Source of the DNA: Macrostomum lignano
Lineage: Eukaryota
Assembly: GCA_002269645.1 (NCBI GenBank)
Contig: NIVC01001694.1
Coordinates: 62,001-126,000 of the forward strand
Direction: 5' to 3'
Length of the DNA: 64,000 bases
Shown here: positions 48,210 through 61,665 of the stretch, one piece after another
How the letters are laid out: every line of letters begins with the position of its first letter
How positions within the stretch are numbered: position 1 is the first letter of the stretch
Program-made: the position numbers and the translations under genes
The notes under the pieces: generated by a model
Seen by the model: only the letters and a program-made list of their open reading frames with translations
Databases searched by the model: none
What the model was told of the DNA's origin: nothing

Positions 48210-48680
48210 TATCTATTCAATTTGTATGCTTTTACTTTGGGCTTATTTACTTTGACAGCATTAATTCTTTGTAGTTAGCTAGTAAATTACTGATTATAAA
48301 ACACTATTAGCCCAATTGAAAATTTTATAAGGCAAAGACCAAGAATAAGTTGACTTAACTAATAAGATCAAAAGAATCAAAATTGATAGTAAGATAGACA
48401 GCCAACCACTATCTCAGCTACTACCCTATAGCTACCATTACTAAACAAAAGGTTAGCAAATAAATAACTTCGTAAGAAAGAATTTTTTAAATATATATAT
48501 TTTAATATATATTTATATAATACATATATTTAATATTTATATATATGGCTTTAACTGGGATGATAATAAATTACACCATCTTTTATAGATAAAGCTTATT
48601 AAAAAAGGTGCTATTTACAACAAATGGAAAAGCCAAAGGTTTTTGCATTCTTAAATTAAATTAAAATTGTAAGTTTCCAT

Positions 48681-49790
48681 ACGAGTATAACTTTGGCCGT
48701 CAACTTTTCCATTAACTTTTCCATTAACTTTTCTGTCAACTTTTCTGTCAACTTTTCTGTCAAGTATTGTCAAATTTTCTGTCAACAATTTATTGTTCTT
48801 AAAAAACATATGTGACTTTCTCAAATAGGATCATCATGCGAGTAGCTCTTTGATCATTTATTGTGTTTGCATGCTTATATATATCAATGAAAAAACAGGC
48901 CTGCGTTAGTAACAATGTGCATCTTTAATTTTTTCCATTTTCTCTTGTACCAGCGCTTCATTTCACAAAGATAAATCAATAAACAAGTGCAGATGTTGTA
49001 GTGCAGGTAGTGCAGCAATACCAATTAAATTCAGGAACATGTCGCGCTGGAAATTTGTGTTTTTTATTTAGAATTTATACATGTACATGTGTATACTCTC
49101 AACAAATTAAATTTAAAGCATGTATAAAATATTGCTAAGAAAACTGCACTTATGCAAAAAATTAAACTTTCCATTCAGAGTACACAAAAAATTTGATAAA
49201 ATATATTTTACGGACTTGTATAAATGTTGATGAAATATTTAATGGAAAAGTGATAAGGTATTTGACGGAAAAGTTAACGAAATAGTAAACGCAAATGTTG
49301 ACAGAAGACTTAACGAAAAAAATTATTGGAATACTTGACGGGGCCTTTTCATATTGCTTGCTCTGGTTCCAGAACCAGAACTAATTTGTGAAGTATAACT
49401 TTTTGTCTCCATAACTAGATGGAGATACGTACTATAAATTTTTTATTATTGAATGACAATTGCCAAGAAGAAAGTGAAAAATTGTACTAAGTTAGGTTGT
49501 TAAGGCAGTCAAATATTAACAGAGTTTAATAGTTATACTGCTGTTTTTCTTGGAATTCCAAACCGATTCTGGTTCTGGAATTGGTAATATGAAAAAACCC
49601 ACAGAATAGTTAACGGAAAAGTTAATGGAATACTTAACAGAAAAGATAACGGAAAAGTTGACGGAATAGTTGACAGATAAAGTTATTTATCCTACTAACA
49701 CAAAAAGTTGACGGAATAGTTGATGGAATAGTTAACGGAAAATTTAATGGAGAAGTTGACGGAAAAATTGACGGCTTAAGTTATACTCGT
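48681..49790. mobile_element. Non-autonomous TIR DNA transposon (1110 bp) with 8-bp TSD GTTTCCAT and subterminal 12-bp repeats
   Basis: Termini ACGAGTATAAC...GTTATACTCGT with a ~30-bp imperfect TIR. GTTTCCAT at 48673-48680 and 49791-49798. AACTTTTCYRTY repeats on the left are mirrored by RAYGGAAAAGTT on the right. Confidence 0.85.
49341..49600. mobile_element. Possible small MITE nested in the TIR element
   Basis: Imperfect inverted ends ggg(cc)ttttcatatt..ttccagaaccagaa and ttctggttctggaa..aatatgaaaaaaccc, interrupting the host's 12-bp repeats. No clear TSD. Confidence 0.5.
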
Positions 49791-51873
49791 GTTTCCATAT
49801 CAAGGTCATTCTAAAATATAGAGCAAAAAATAATAGGCCTATGCAAAACTATTTTTTTCATAGCCTACCTTTTAGTTTTAATTTTGTATTAATTAAATAA
49901 ACTTGCTTTTAACTTGCTAATTGCTTTTGGTTTACTTTTTAGCATTTGGTTTTACTTTTTAGCACATTAGCTTTGTATTTTTAAGTCAGGAAAAACATGT
50001 ATAATTTGCTAAATTAACTGGTTTTAATGAAAAATAGCAAAATATTCTCCTATAGTCCCATGAGTCCCTTAATGCAATTTAAGCATAAGGTTAACTTTAA
50101 TGTTCCAAATATTTTGGCTAGGTTTGTATACTCCCTGTGCATTAAGGTCTTAGCCCTCATAGGTGTGAAGTACACAATAACTAAATTTACATATGTATAT
50201 ATTATACAATATATACAATTATATATTATATATAACAATATAGCTATAAAGTAATATCTTGATTATATAATTATAAGATTTATTTTTATCAACAGATTAA
50301 ATTAGGAATAAGAAAGTTGAAAATGATATATTCTTAACAATTGACTAACACAGTAGGCCCCTATATCTCATCTTGGAGACTAGAGTTAACTGACACACAG
50401 AAATAACAATAAAAAGAAACAACTAGCCCATATAGGTAGCATTGCAAATTGTATTGAGTAATTTCTTTTTATAAATTATAAATAAATTCTAACTCAATTT
50501 CTATTAATTTTATTTCATTAACAACTTTTAAAATATAAGCCTGGTTTTAAAAATCCTAGCAGCTACAAAATACATTCTTTACACCTTCAATTCATTAATT
50601 CACTCAAGGCATAATGACAAAGCTTATTTCTTGAAACTTGGAAGCATAATCCATATAATACCATTTATTATCTAAGTCTAAGAAGGCCCTCTTCTATTCT
50701 GGGCTGGCCAATGGTCCAATTCATAAAAAAACTAATGACAATGAGCTAAATATTACTGCGTAACTTTATTAGTCCATATTGCTACAGCTATATCTTAATT
50801 TTTTAGAAAAGCAACGAACAACTTGGTCTCCCACAGCTCAATTAATTGATATATTGAACTATTGTAAGTTTAATTTATCACAGGAAACCTACCTCATTTT
50901 GAAAAAAAGTATTAAATTTCTCATGCACGTTAAAACAAATCAAATACACTTATTAATTAAGCTTGCAGTTTTATGGTAAAGCTTAAATCAATTTTTCTTA
51001 TTTTTTTCTATAACATTAAATTTAATAACTAACTAACTAGTGTTAACTATATTTATTACAAGTGCAGTGCACCAAAGTCATAAATAAAATTTTAAGAAAA
51101 AGTCTGCAGATTACTTCAAAAATACATGTGGCTCTTTCCGTGAACACGTACAGTATCCACGCATGAGCTTGTACACATGTACATGCGCGTACAGGAGTCG
51201 ATCGGAGGAATGGAAAGAATTGCCTCATAGGGCAGAGTTACAGGGCGATGTCACTGAAAGCGTTGTTTCAAAAGTGCCCATGTCACTACTAGTCCTCCTG
51301 CCAAATATTGATCTATCGAGATGCAAATACGTACATGTACAGTATGCCTTCTTTTTTAAATATGGCAATGTACAAGCCGCGTAAAAGTTCCCCAAAACTA
51401 AATGCACAATTTACGTCTTTTCTAAACACCAACGATTTTTTTATTGAATTCTACTATTCTGATTCTAGCATGCAGATAAACAAATGAAATAAATTTAAAA
51501 GTTCCGGGTTTGCAATCAACTCTGGAGACTGCTATAAAATGCAGCTATTTTTTTGCTAAAGTCTCTTTCGGGATTTGTCACTTTTAGAGGGGCTCGGAAT
51601 GAATTTCCCGGCGCGAATGCGAGGCAAATTTTCCCTCTTAACGAGCATTCGACCACGGCTGTCCTGTAAACCGCGAAGGGATTAGAGAGTAGGGTAAACC
51701 GATTTACACTGCCACAAAAACAGGGCGCACAGCTTCAGCTAGGAATTGCGAATATTATTACTATGTGGCCATATTTTCTTTATGAAAATTCTACGCAAAA
51801 AAACTCCTTTGATAATCAATGAAGATGGGCATCCAGTATAATGCTACTCTTGATTCCAACTGCTGTAAAAATG

Positions 51874-53533
51874 CACCAAGAGACAGGGGCGCCCATCAAG
51901 AGACAGGGGCGCCCACCAAGAGACAGGGGCGCCCACCAAGACACAGGGGCGCCCACCAAGAGACAGGGGCGCCCACCAAGAGACAGGGGCGCCCACCAAG
52001 AGACAGGGGCGCCCATCAAGAGACAGGGGCGCCCACCAAGAGACAGGGGCGTCCACCAAGAAACAGGGGCGCCCACCAAGAGACAGGGGCGCCCACCAAG
52101 ACACAGGGGCGCCCACCAAGACACAGGGGCGCCCACCAAGAGACAGGGGCGCCCATCAAGAGACAGGGGCGCCCACCAAGAGACAGGGGCACCCACCAAG
52201 AGACAGGGGCACCCACCAAGAGACAGGGGCACCTACCAAGAGACAGGGGCACCCACCAAGAGACAGGGGCACCCACCAAGAGACAAGGACACCCACCAAG
52301 AGACAAGGGCACCCACCAAGAGACAAGGGCACCCACCAAGAGACAGGGGCACCCACCAAGAGACAGGGGCTACCCACCAAGACACAGGGGCGCCCACCAA
52401 GACACAGGGGTGTCCACCAAGACACAGGGGCGCCCACCAAGACACAGGGGCGCCCACCAAGAGACAGGGGCACCCACCCAGAGACAGGGGCGCCCACCAA
52501 GACACAGGGGCACCCACCAAGACACAGGGGCACCCACTAAGAGACAGGGGCACCCACCAAGAGACAGGGGCACCCACCAAGAGACAAGGGCACCCACCAA
52601 GAGACAAGGGCACCCACCAAGAGACAGGGGCACCCACCAAGAGACAAGGGCACCCACCAAGAGACAGGGGTGCCCACCAAGAGACAGGGGCTACCCACCA
52701 AGACACAGGAGCGCCCACCAAGACACAGGGGTGTCCACCAAGACACAGGGGCGCCCACCAAGACACAGGAGCGCCCACCAAGACACAGGGGTGTCCACCA
52801 AGACACAGGGGCGCCCACCAAGACACAGGGGCGCCCACCAAGAGACAGGGGCGTCCACCAAGAGACAGGGGCACGCACCAAGAGACAGGGGCACCCACCA
52901 AGAGATAGGGGCGTCCACCAAGAAACAGGGGCGCCCACCAAGAGACAGGGGCACCCATCAAGAGACAGGGGCACCCACCAAGAGACAGGGGCACCCATCA
53001 AGAGACAGGGGCACCCATCAAGAGACAGGGGCACCCATCAAGAGACAGGGGCACCCACCAAGAGACAGGGGCACCCACCAAGAGACAGGGGCACCCATCA
53101 AGAGACAGGGGCACTCATCAAGAGACAGGGGGCACCCATCAAGAGACAGGGGCACCCATCAAGAGACAGGGGCACCCATCAAGAGACAGGGGGCACCCAC
53201 CAAGAGACAGGGGCACCCATCAAGAGACAGGGGCACCCATCAAGAGACAGGGGGCACCCACCAAGAGACAGGGGCACCCATCAAGAGACAGGGGGCACCC
53301 ACCAAGAGACAGGGGCACCCATCAAGAGACAGGGGGCACCCATCAAGAGACAGGGGCACCCATCAAGAGACAGGGGCACCCATCAAGAGACAGGGGCACC
53401 CATCAAGAGACAGGGGCGTCCACCAAGAGACAGGGGCACGCACCAAGAGACAGGGGCACCCACCAAGAGACAGGGGCACCCACCAAGAGACAGGGGCACC
53501 CACCAAGAGACAGGGGCACCCATTAAGAGACAC
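51874..53533 (-). repeat. 20-bp GC-rich minisatellite, tract 5 (~80 copies), opposite orientation to tracts 1-4
   Basis: CAAGAGACAGGGGCRCCCAY is the reverse complement of the tract-1 unit. Confidence 0.97.
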
Positions 53534-54204
53534 CAGAGATAAAACTTGACTTCATTGCGAAAAGTCAACGAGAAAGCATGCAGGGTCGAGTACACGCGGG
53601 TACCGCTGCGTGCTGAACACGCAAGCATATCTCCTCTGTATCTTAATCTGATTATTGCGGGCAGTGATTTTATTCAGTCATAGAAAAGTGCACTATGCTT
53701 GAGGAAAAATCCTATACTAAACACAAAAAGTTCGAAGCGACCATGGCAGCTTGATGAATGCTTCGAGACTAGTAGGCAGACTATTTATATCGGATATTCC
53801 TTCTTGAAGACGAAACCAATGCATGCTTCAAAGCCTAGTCTTACCATTGGATTACCATATTAAGAAGGCTCTTCAACTAGTATAATGAATGTTGATGCCA
53901 TATTCGCATTCAGTTTATATGCTTTTTTGGACTGTTGACTCAGGTCGATAACGATCGATAACGTCAGTTGCTACTTACCTGGAACACATAATGATGTTTT
54001 GTAGGTATACAGCGATTAAACTGTTGGTAGCAATAAAGGGAACAGTTTAATGAGCCTTAAAAGTGTGGAAAGAAAGGTTATGAAGCGGAGCGGTTTTGCT
54101 AACCATAAACTCTGCACACTCGAATGCTTAAGCTTTTTGCGATAGCTTTTTTGAAATTTGAACATTTTGCGTCGCTTTAACTTTAAAGTCAGTCATCATA
54201 AAAA

Positions 54205-54690
<486 letters not shown>

Positions 54691-55369
54691 AATAGGTGGG
54701 GTCTAGTTGCAAAAAACTGCACCCCCACTCACTCAGCATGCAACTATGTAAAGAGAGCGGCAGTCCCCCTTGGGCAGTGCACTTTGACGCGATAAGCATG
54801 TAATCCAGTCTGATCCAAAAGCAGTTGAAAGCCAGCCAGAAATTTAGCTAAGCAGCAGCAACAATTCCTGATGCCCCAGTTTCTCGTGAACAACCATAAA
54901 ATGTTGATGACGGCCATCTGTCTGCGATGGTAACTGCAGTTAGCGAAAATTTCCATGCAAACGCATGAAAGAAGCAGAGAAATTGCTGGAAACTTTCTCA
55001 GAGAAGAGGCATCGCTTTTGCCTGTAAAATTTTGCCCGAAATTGCAACACTTGGGCAGCAAGAACTTCTTTTTTCTCTGCCTCTCTGTCTGGCCGACTGT
55101 CTGTCTTTGCTAAGAAATTCATTTCTGGAATAGGAAATGCTTTTTTGCAACTGCAGCCTCTCTGCGTCTTTTCAGTTCCCATGCCGGACGCGGGACATTT
55201 GGTGCTGGCATGCATTTTCTAAGAAAAGCAGCAGTTTCAAGTCGAAATAATCCTTGGGGAATGACTGACATCCGCACCCGTGCGCTGTTATCTTAGGCCA
55301 GCTGCTTGCATGCTGGGGGATGTGTCTGTGATTAAGCTTTCTGTCCACTGCCGCATAGAATTCGGTTAA

Positions 55370-55372
55370 GCC

Positions 55373-55403
<31 letters not shown>

Positions 55404-55410
55404 GTGTGTG

Positions 55411-55441
<31 letters not shown>

Positions 55442-55600
55442 GTGTGTGTGTCTGTCTGTCTGTCTGTCTGTCTGTCTGACTGTCTGTCTGTCTGTCTGTC
55501 TGACTGTCTGTCTGTCCGTCTGTCTGTCTGTCTGTCGGTCTGTCTGTCTGTCTGTCTGTCTGTCGGTCTGTCTGTCTGTCTTTCTGTCTGTCTGTCTGTG

Positions 55601-55653
<53 letters not shown>

Positions 55654-55676
55654 TTCTGTCTGTCTGTGTGTGTGTG

Positions 55677-55736
<60 letters not shown>

Positions 55737-55772
55737 CGTATCTGTCTGTCTGTCCGTGTCTGTCTGTCTGCC

Positions 55773-55812
<40 letters not shown>

Positions 55813-55853
55813 GGTCGGTCGGTCTGTCTGTCTGTCTGTCGGTCGGTCGGTCG

Positions 55854-55893
<40 letters not shown>

Positions 55894-55896
55894 GCC

Positions 55897-55945
<49 letters not shown>
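55370..55945 (+). repeat. (TCTG)n microsatellite
   Basis: Direct reading. Confidence 0.97.
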
Positions 55946-56448
55946 CAGAGTCAGAGTCGCCAAGTATCAGTCTGTAAGCGTCAGTCATGATTGTTGAAAC
56001 AGGGCTGTAAATAAGGCAGTAACGTGAGAAGACATCAGTCTAGAGATAACGAGCTCAGATTCCGAGAGACAGGCGTGTCTTGGAAGGGAAACACTTCATC
56101 CCGAGAGGCTGGGCCCTCCCAATCCGGTGGAGAGGTGAATCCCCAATCCACCCGCCTGCTGGCTGGCGGAACAACTGCAGCGGCTCTTCTTTAATTGCAA
56201 CAGGTTGCAAAGCATTGCAGCAGGAAGCAGGTGGCAGTTGCCTACCTTGGCCTGATGCATGCACCCCCCCCCGAGCAGCGCACATCTGCAGACTTCCCTG
56301 ATTGGCTCAGCCCGGTTCCTTCCTATCCCAATGCGCAGGCAGGGATCAGCTGGGGTCGGGGTGGTGGGCAGATATTTTCTCCCTTAGCAACAGGGAAAAG
56401 CGCAGCGGCTGGCACTTCATCTCGCCTTTGTCTCGCCCCGAGGACACC

Positions 56449-57084
56449 ATGGGAGCATTGTACTCCACCCCGGTTCGGGTCCTGCTGCTGGGCCTGGACA
56501 ACTGCGGCAAGACCACCCTGCTGCGCCAGCTCACCTGCCGCTACGGCCCCGGCTGTTCCAGAACCTCCAAATTCGACGAGGAGCTTCAGGACGACGAGTA
56601 CGAAGAGGACGAAGTGGCGGCAGCGGAGGCCGCGGACTCGAGTCGGATTCAGCCGACGTTCGGCTGCGTCGGCGCGCAGATCCGTCTGCCTTGCGGCGGC
56701 CCGGCGCTGGCCGTTGTGGAGGTCGGTGGCCGCCGGCTGTACAGGGACTTCTGGCGCTACCACTGCGCCGGCGCTGAGGCTGTCCTGTTCGTGGTGGACA
56801 GCAACGATTCACGTCGGCTAGATGAGGCACGCAGCTTCCTGTTTGAGGTGGCCACCAGCTGGGAGCTGCTCGGCGTGCCCGTCATTGTGCTGGCGAACAA
56901 GCAGGACCTGCCCATGGCTTTGCCGAGCTGGTCCGTGGCGGCCGGGCTGCAGATGGAGATGCTGGAGCGGCTGGGGCATCCGACGCACGTGCACCGCACT
57001 GTGGGCAGCTCCGGCGACGGAGTGCTGACGGCTCTGCACGTCTTGGCTCGGCTGGTCAGGCAGCGGAGGCGGAACGGCTGCTGA
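56449..57084 (+). CDS. Intronless Arf-like (ARL) small GTPase, 211 aa, atypical
   Basis: MGALYS myristoylation consensus, G1 GLDNCGKT, G2 QPTFG, G3 EVGGR, FVVDSND..RLDEAR, G4 NKQD. Kozak-like caccATGg. Confidence 0.88.
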   Translation: MGALYSTPVRVLLLGLDNCGKTTLLRQLTCRYGPGCSRTSKFDEELQDDEYEEDEVAAAEAADSSRIQPTFGCVGAQIRLPCGGPALAVVEVGGRRLYRDFWRYHCAGAEAVLFVVDSNDSRRLDEARSFLFEVATSWELLGVPVIVLANKQDLPMALPSWSVAAGLQMEMLERLGHPTHVHRTVGSSGDGVLTALHVLARLVRQRRRNGC

Positions 57085-57204
57085 TGACCGACTCTGAGAT
57101 GGAGACTTGAGGGCGTGTTTTGGCTGTGCGTGCGGAGACTGTGCCTTTGTTGTGCGATTGACTGTGCTTGGAGATAGCGTATTGACTAAGTACTGGATAA
57201 TTGG

Positions 57205-57525
57205 TAATGTACGGTACTAGATATTATGTACAGGATGCTGACTACGAGATTAATGAATTTTGTACGGGATGTTAAGTACCAGAAACTATTTACTAGATGG
57301 AAAGTAACAGATATTGTGCACATGTACAGGATGCTGAGTACCAGATATTGTGTAACATGTTCAGGATGCTAAGTACCAGATACTATTTACAAGATGTTAA
57401 GTACAAGATATTGTGCACATGTACAGGATGCTTGAGTACCAGATATTGTGTACATGTACAGGATGCTGAGTACCAGATATTGTGTACATGTACAGGATGC
57501 TGAGTACCAGATATTGTGTACATTA
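57205..57525 (+). repeat. 34-bp minisatellite (GGATGCTGAGTACCAGATATTGTGTACATGTACA), degenerate leftwards
   Basis: Period 34 (57461, 57495). Confidence 0.9.
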
Positions 57526-58225
57526 TATTAAGTCAAGAGTATAGTGCCAATACCCAATTCACTGTCATGGTCAGACGATCTGATTCAAACCAGATGACCC
57601 TCATCCTCGATCCTGTTCCCTACAATGTTCCACAGCTTGTACTGCATTATAAAACTCATTTCTAAATACACATTAGTGCATTCATACTCGATTAATTTTC
57701 TGCCGAAGCAGGTACAACTCGTCGGGCCCATTGAAGAAATTTCTTCCCGAATAGCTTGAGCAGCCGGATCTCGAGAACAATCTTGAATCTTTCAGCCCCT
57801 CCGGCTGCATTGTGGGCAAGTTTCTCATAGTCTGCTTTAGTGCTTCTGTACTCACTACCCTGTGTAGAAAATGTTGCCTACAATCAGGAAGAAACCCGGC
57901 TGTTCACGGGTACAGCGCGACATCAAAGAGAAGCTGCAGTGACGGACAGGCAAGAAAGAAAAAAGGAAATGGGTTGGCTACTCCGCCGCTAGCGACTCAA
58001 TTTTAGTGAGAGTAGAAAAAGAAAACTTCTATCGAAAAAGATTTTCTATACAAAGTAGAAGAGCAGAAGGTCGCAGTGTCTTAGGTTACTGCTCGGGTTA
58101 GGGTGAACTCAATGCCTTTGACCAGCTTTCATTAATGATATTGCAGGATAAAATCGATCTGAGTAGAGCTTTTTAATGAGGCCTTTCTGCACTCTGACTC
58201 CACCCTGACATTTTATATGAATGCG

Positions 58226-59612
58226 CTCCACCTCTCTCCCAAGCCCTCTCTACCTCTGACTCCACCTCTCTCCCAAGCCCTCTCTACCTTTGACTCCACC
58301 TCTCTCCCAAGCCCTCTCTACCTCTGACTCCACCTCTCTCCCAAGCCCTCTCTACCTCTGACTCCACCTCTCTCCCAAGCCCTCTCTACCTTTGACTCCA
58401 CCTCTCTCCCAACCCCACTCTACCCTCTGACTCCACTTCTCTCCCAAGCCCTCTCTACCCTATGACTCCACCTCTCTCCCAATCCCCTCCTACCCTCTGA
58501 CTCCACCTCTCCCAATCCCACTCTACCCTCTGACTCCACCTCTCTCCCAAGCCCACTCTACCCTCTGACTCCACCTCTCCCAACCCCACTCTACCCTCTG
58601 ACTCCACCTCTCCCAATCCCACTCTAACCTTCTGACTCCACCTCTCCCAATCCCACTCTACCCTCTGACTCCACCTCTCTCCCAAGCCCACTCTACCCTC
58701 TGACTCCACCTCTCCCAATCCCACTCTAACCCTATGACTCCACCTCTCCCAATCCCACTCTACCCTCTGACTCCACCTCTCTCCCAACCCCACTCTACCC
58801 TCTGACTCCACCTCTCCCAATCCCACTCTAACCCTCTGACTCCACCTCTCCCAATCCCACTCTAACCTTCTGACTCCACCTCTCCCAACCCCACTCTACC
58901 CTCTGACTCCACCTCTCCCAACCCCACTCTACCCTCTGACTCCACCTCTCCCAATCCCACTCTAACCCTCTGACTCCACCTCTCCCAATCCCACTCTACC
59001 CTCTGACTCCACCTCTCTCCCAAGCCCTCTCTACCCTCTGACTCCACTTCTCTCCCAACCCCACTCTACCCTCTGACTCCACCTCTCTCCCAAGCCCTCT
59101 CTACCCTCTGACTCCACCTCTCTCCCAACCCCACTCTACCCTCTGACTCCACCTCTCTCCCAAGCCCACTCTACCCTCTGACTCCACCTCTCTCCCAACC
59201 CCACTCTACCCTCTGACTCCACCTCTCTCCCAATCCCACTCTAACCCTCTGACTCCACTTCTCTCCCAATCCCACTCTACCCTCTGACTCCACCTCTCTC
59301 CCAAGCCCTCTCTACCCTCTGACTCCACCTCTCTCCCAAGCCCTCTCTACCCTATGACTCCACCTCTCTCCCAATCCCCTCCTACCCTCTGACTCCACCT
59401 CTCCCAATCCCACTCTAACCCTCTGACTCCACCTCTCTCCCAAGCCCTCTCTACCTCTGACTCCACCTCTCTCCCAATCCCACTCTAACCCTCTGACTCC
59501 ACCTCTCTCCCAAGCCCTCTCTACCCTCTGACTCCACCTCTCTCCCAATCCCACTCTACCCTCTGACTCCACCTCTCTCCCAAGCCCCCTCCTACCCTCT
59601 GACTCCACCTCT
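58226..59612 (+). repeat. ~33-36-bp pyrimidine-rich minisatellite (CTCTGACTCCACCTCTCTCCCAA..)
   Basis: Direct reading. Confidence 0.95.
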
Positions 59613-60064
59613 CACCATGACACTATTTATCTGTTTTTGAGTCTCCAGACAGACGCACAACATCTCACATTATTCGATGAACACCCACGCACAGAGTCGC
59701 CAAATGATAAGATATGACAGCGCCCCTTCCAGAATCTGAAGCCGTTGCATCCAGCAGCAAATGAGAAAGCGTTAAGTCCTTGAGCACTACAGAAATAGAG
59801 AATTTATGACAGGCGTGGGTGTTAACTGTTAATTGCATTTATTATTAGTATTTCCATTGAGTGTGCATGCAACTGGCGCTCTAGAGAGAGCTTAATTTGA
59901 AGACTATCAACAATTAATGCAAGTCAATAATCGTTCTCCGAGAATGCGAGATCCATTGGCTCTGAAAAGTACATCAATCTGCGATTTTTTTATGTACATT
60001 TAGTCCGGAAGTCTGTGCAGAGAAATATATTCTTTGATAAGATTTAACTATGCAGAATACGGTA

Positions 60065-61665
60065 GATATGAGAGGGCAGATAGGAGAGGGTAGTAAAGGA
60101 GAGGGTAGATAGGAGAGGGTAGTAAAGGAGAGGGTGGATAGGAGAAGGTAGAGAGGAGAGGGTAGATAGGAGAGGCCTGGATAGGAGAGGGTAGATAGGA
60201 GGGGGTAGATAGGAGAGGGTAGATAGGAGAGGGTAGATAGGATAGGGTAGATAGGAGAGGGTAGATAGGAAAGGATAGATAGGAGAGGGTAGAGAGGAGA
60301 GAGGAGAGGGTAGATAGGAGAGGCCTAGATAGGAGAGGGTAGATAGGAGAGGCCTAGATAGGAGAGGGTAGATAGGAGAGGGTAGATAGGAGAGGGTAGA
60401 GAGGAGAGGGTAGATAGGAGAGGGCAGATAGGAGAGGGTAGAGAGGAGAGGGTAGATAGGAGAGGCCTAGATAGGAGAGGGTAGATAGGAGAGAGTAGAG
60501 AGGAGAGGGTAGATAGGATAGGGTAGATAGGAGAGGGTAGATAGGAAAGGATAGATAGGAGAGGGTAGAGAGGAGAGGGTAGATAGGAGAGGCCTAGATA
60601 GGAGAGGGTAGATAGGAGAGGCCTAGATAGGAGAGGGTAGATAGGAGAGGGTAGATAGGAGAGGGTAGAGAGGAGAGGGTAGATAGGAGAGAGCAGATAG
60701 GAGAGGGTAGAGAGGAGAGGGTAGATAGGAGAGGCCTAGATAGGAGAGGGTAGATAGGAGAGGGTAGTAAAGGAGAGGGTAGATAGGAGAGGGTAGAGAG
60801 GAGAGGGTAGATAGGAGAGAGCAGATAGGAGAGGGTAGAGAGGAGAGGGTAGATAGGAGAGGCCTAGATAGGAGAGGGTAGATAGGAGAGGGTAGAGAGG
60901 AGAGGGTAGATAGGAGAGGGTAGAGAGGAGAGGGTAGATAGGAGAGGCCTAGATAGGAGAGGGTAGATAGGAGAGGGTAGATAGACGAGAGTAGATAGGA
61001 GAGGGTAGATAGGAAAAGATAGATAGGAGAGGGTAGATAGGAGAAGGTAGATAGGAGAGGGTAGATAGGAGAGAGCAGATAGGAGAGGGTAGAGAGGAGA
61101 GGGTAGAGAGGAGAGGGTAGATAGGAGAGAGTAGATAGGAGAGGGTAGATAGGAGAGGGTAGATAGGAGAGGGTAGATAGGAGAGAGTAGATAGGAGAGG
61201 GTATATAGGAGAAGGTAGATAAGAGAAGGTAGATAGGATAGGGTAGATAGGAGAGGGTAGATAGGAGAGGGTAGATAGGCGAGAGTAGATAGGAGAGGGT
61301 AGATAGGAGAGGGTAGATAGGCGAGAGTAGATAGGAGAGGGTAGATAGGAGAGGGTAGATAGGCGAGAGTAGATAGGAGAGGGTAGATAGGAGAAGATAG
61401 ATAGGAGAGGGTAGATAGGAGAAGGTAGATAGGAGAGGGTAGATAGGAGAGGGTAGATAGGAGAAGGTAGATAGGAGAGGGTAGATAGGAGAAGGTAGAT
61501 AGGAAAAGGTAGATAGGAGAAGGTAGATAGGAGAGGGTAGATAGGAGAGGGTAGATTGGAGAGGTAGATAGGAGAGATAGGAGAGGTAGATAGGAGAGGT
61601 AGATAGGAGAGTGTATACAGGAATGGGAGGAGAAGGGTTAGATAGGAGAGGGTAGATAAGAGAGA
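60065..61665 (+). repeat. 14-bp purine-rich minisatellite (GATAGGAGAGGGTA)
   Basis: Direct reading. Confidence 0.95.

Noticed and set aside
54940-55215. 91-aa minus-strand ORF between two microsatellites
   Set aside because: No recognisable motif or convincing splice frame; could not be supported.
58120-58160. FINDI-like peptide suggesting an RT remnant
   Set aside because: Too short, with no flanking RT similarity recognised.
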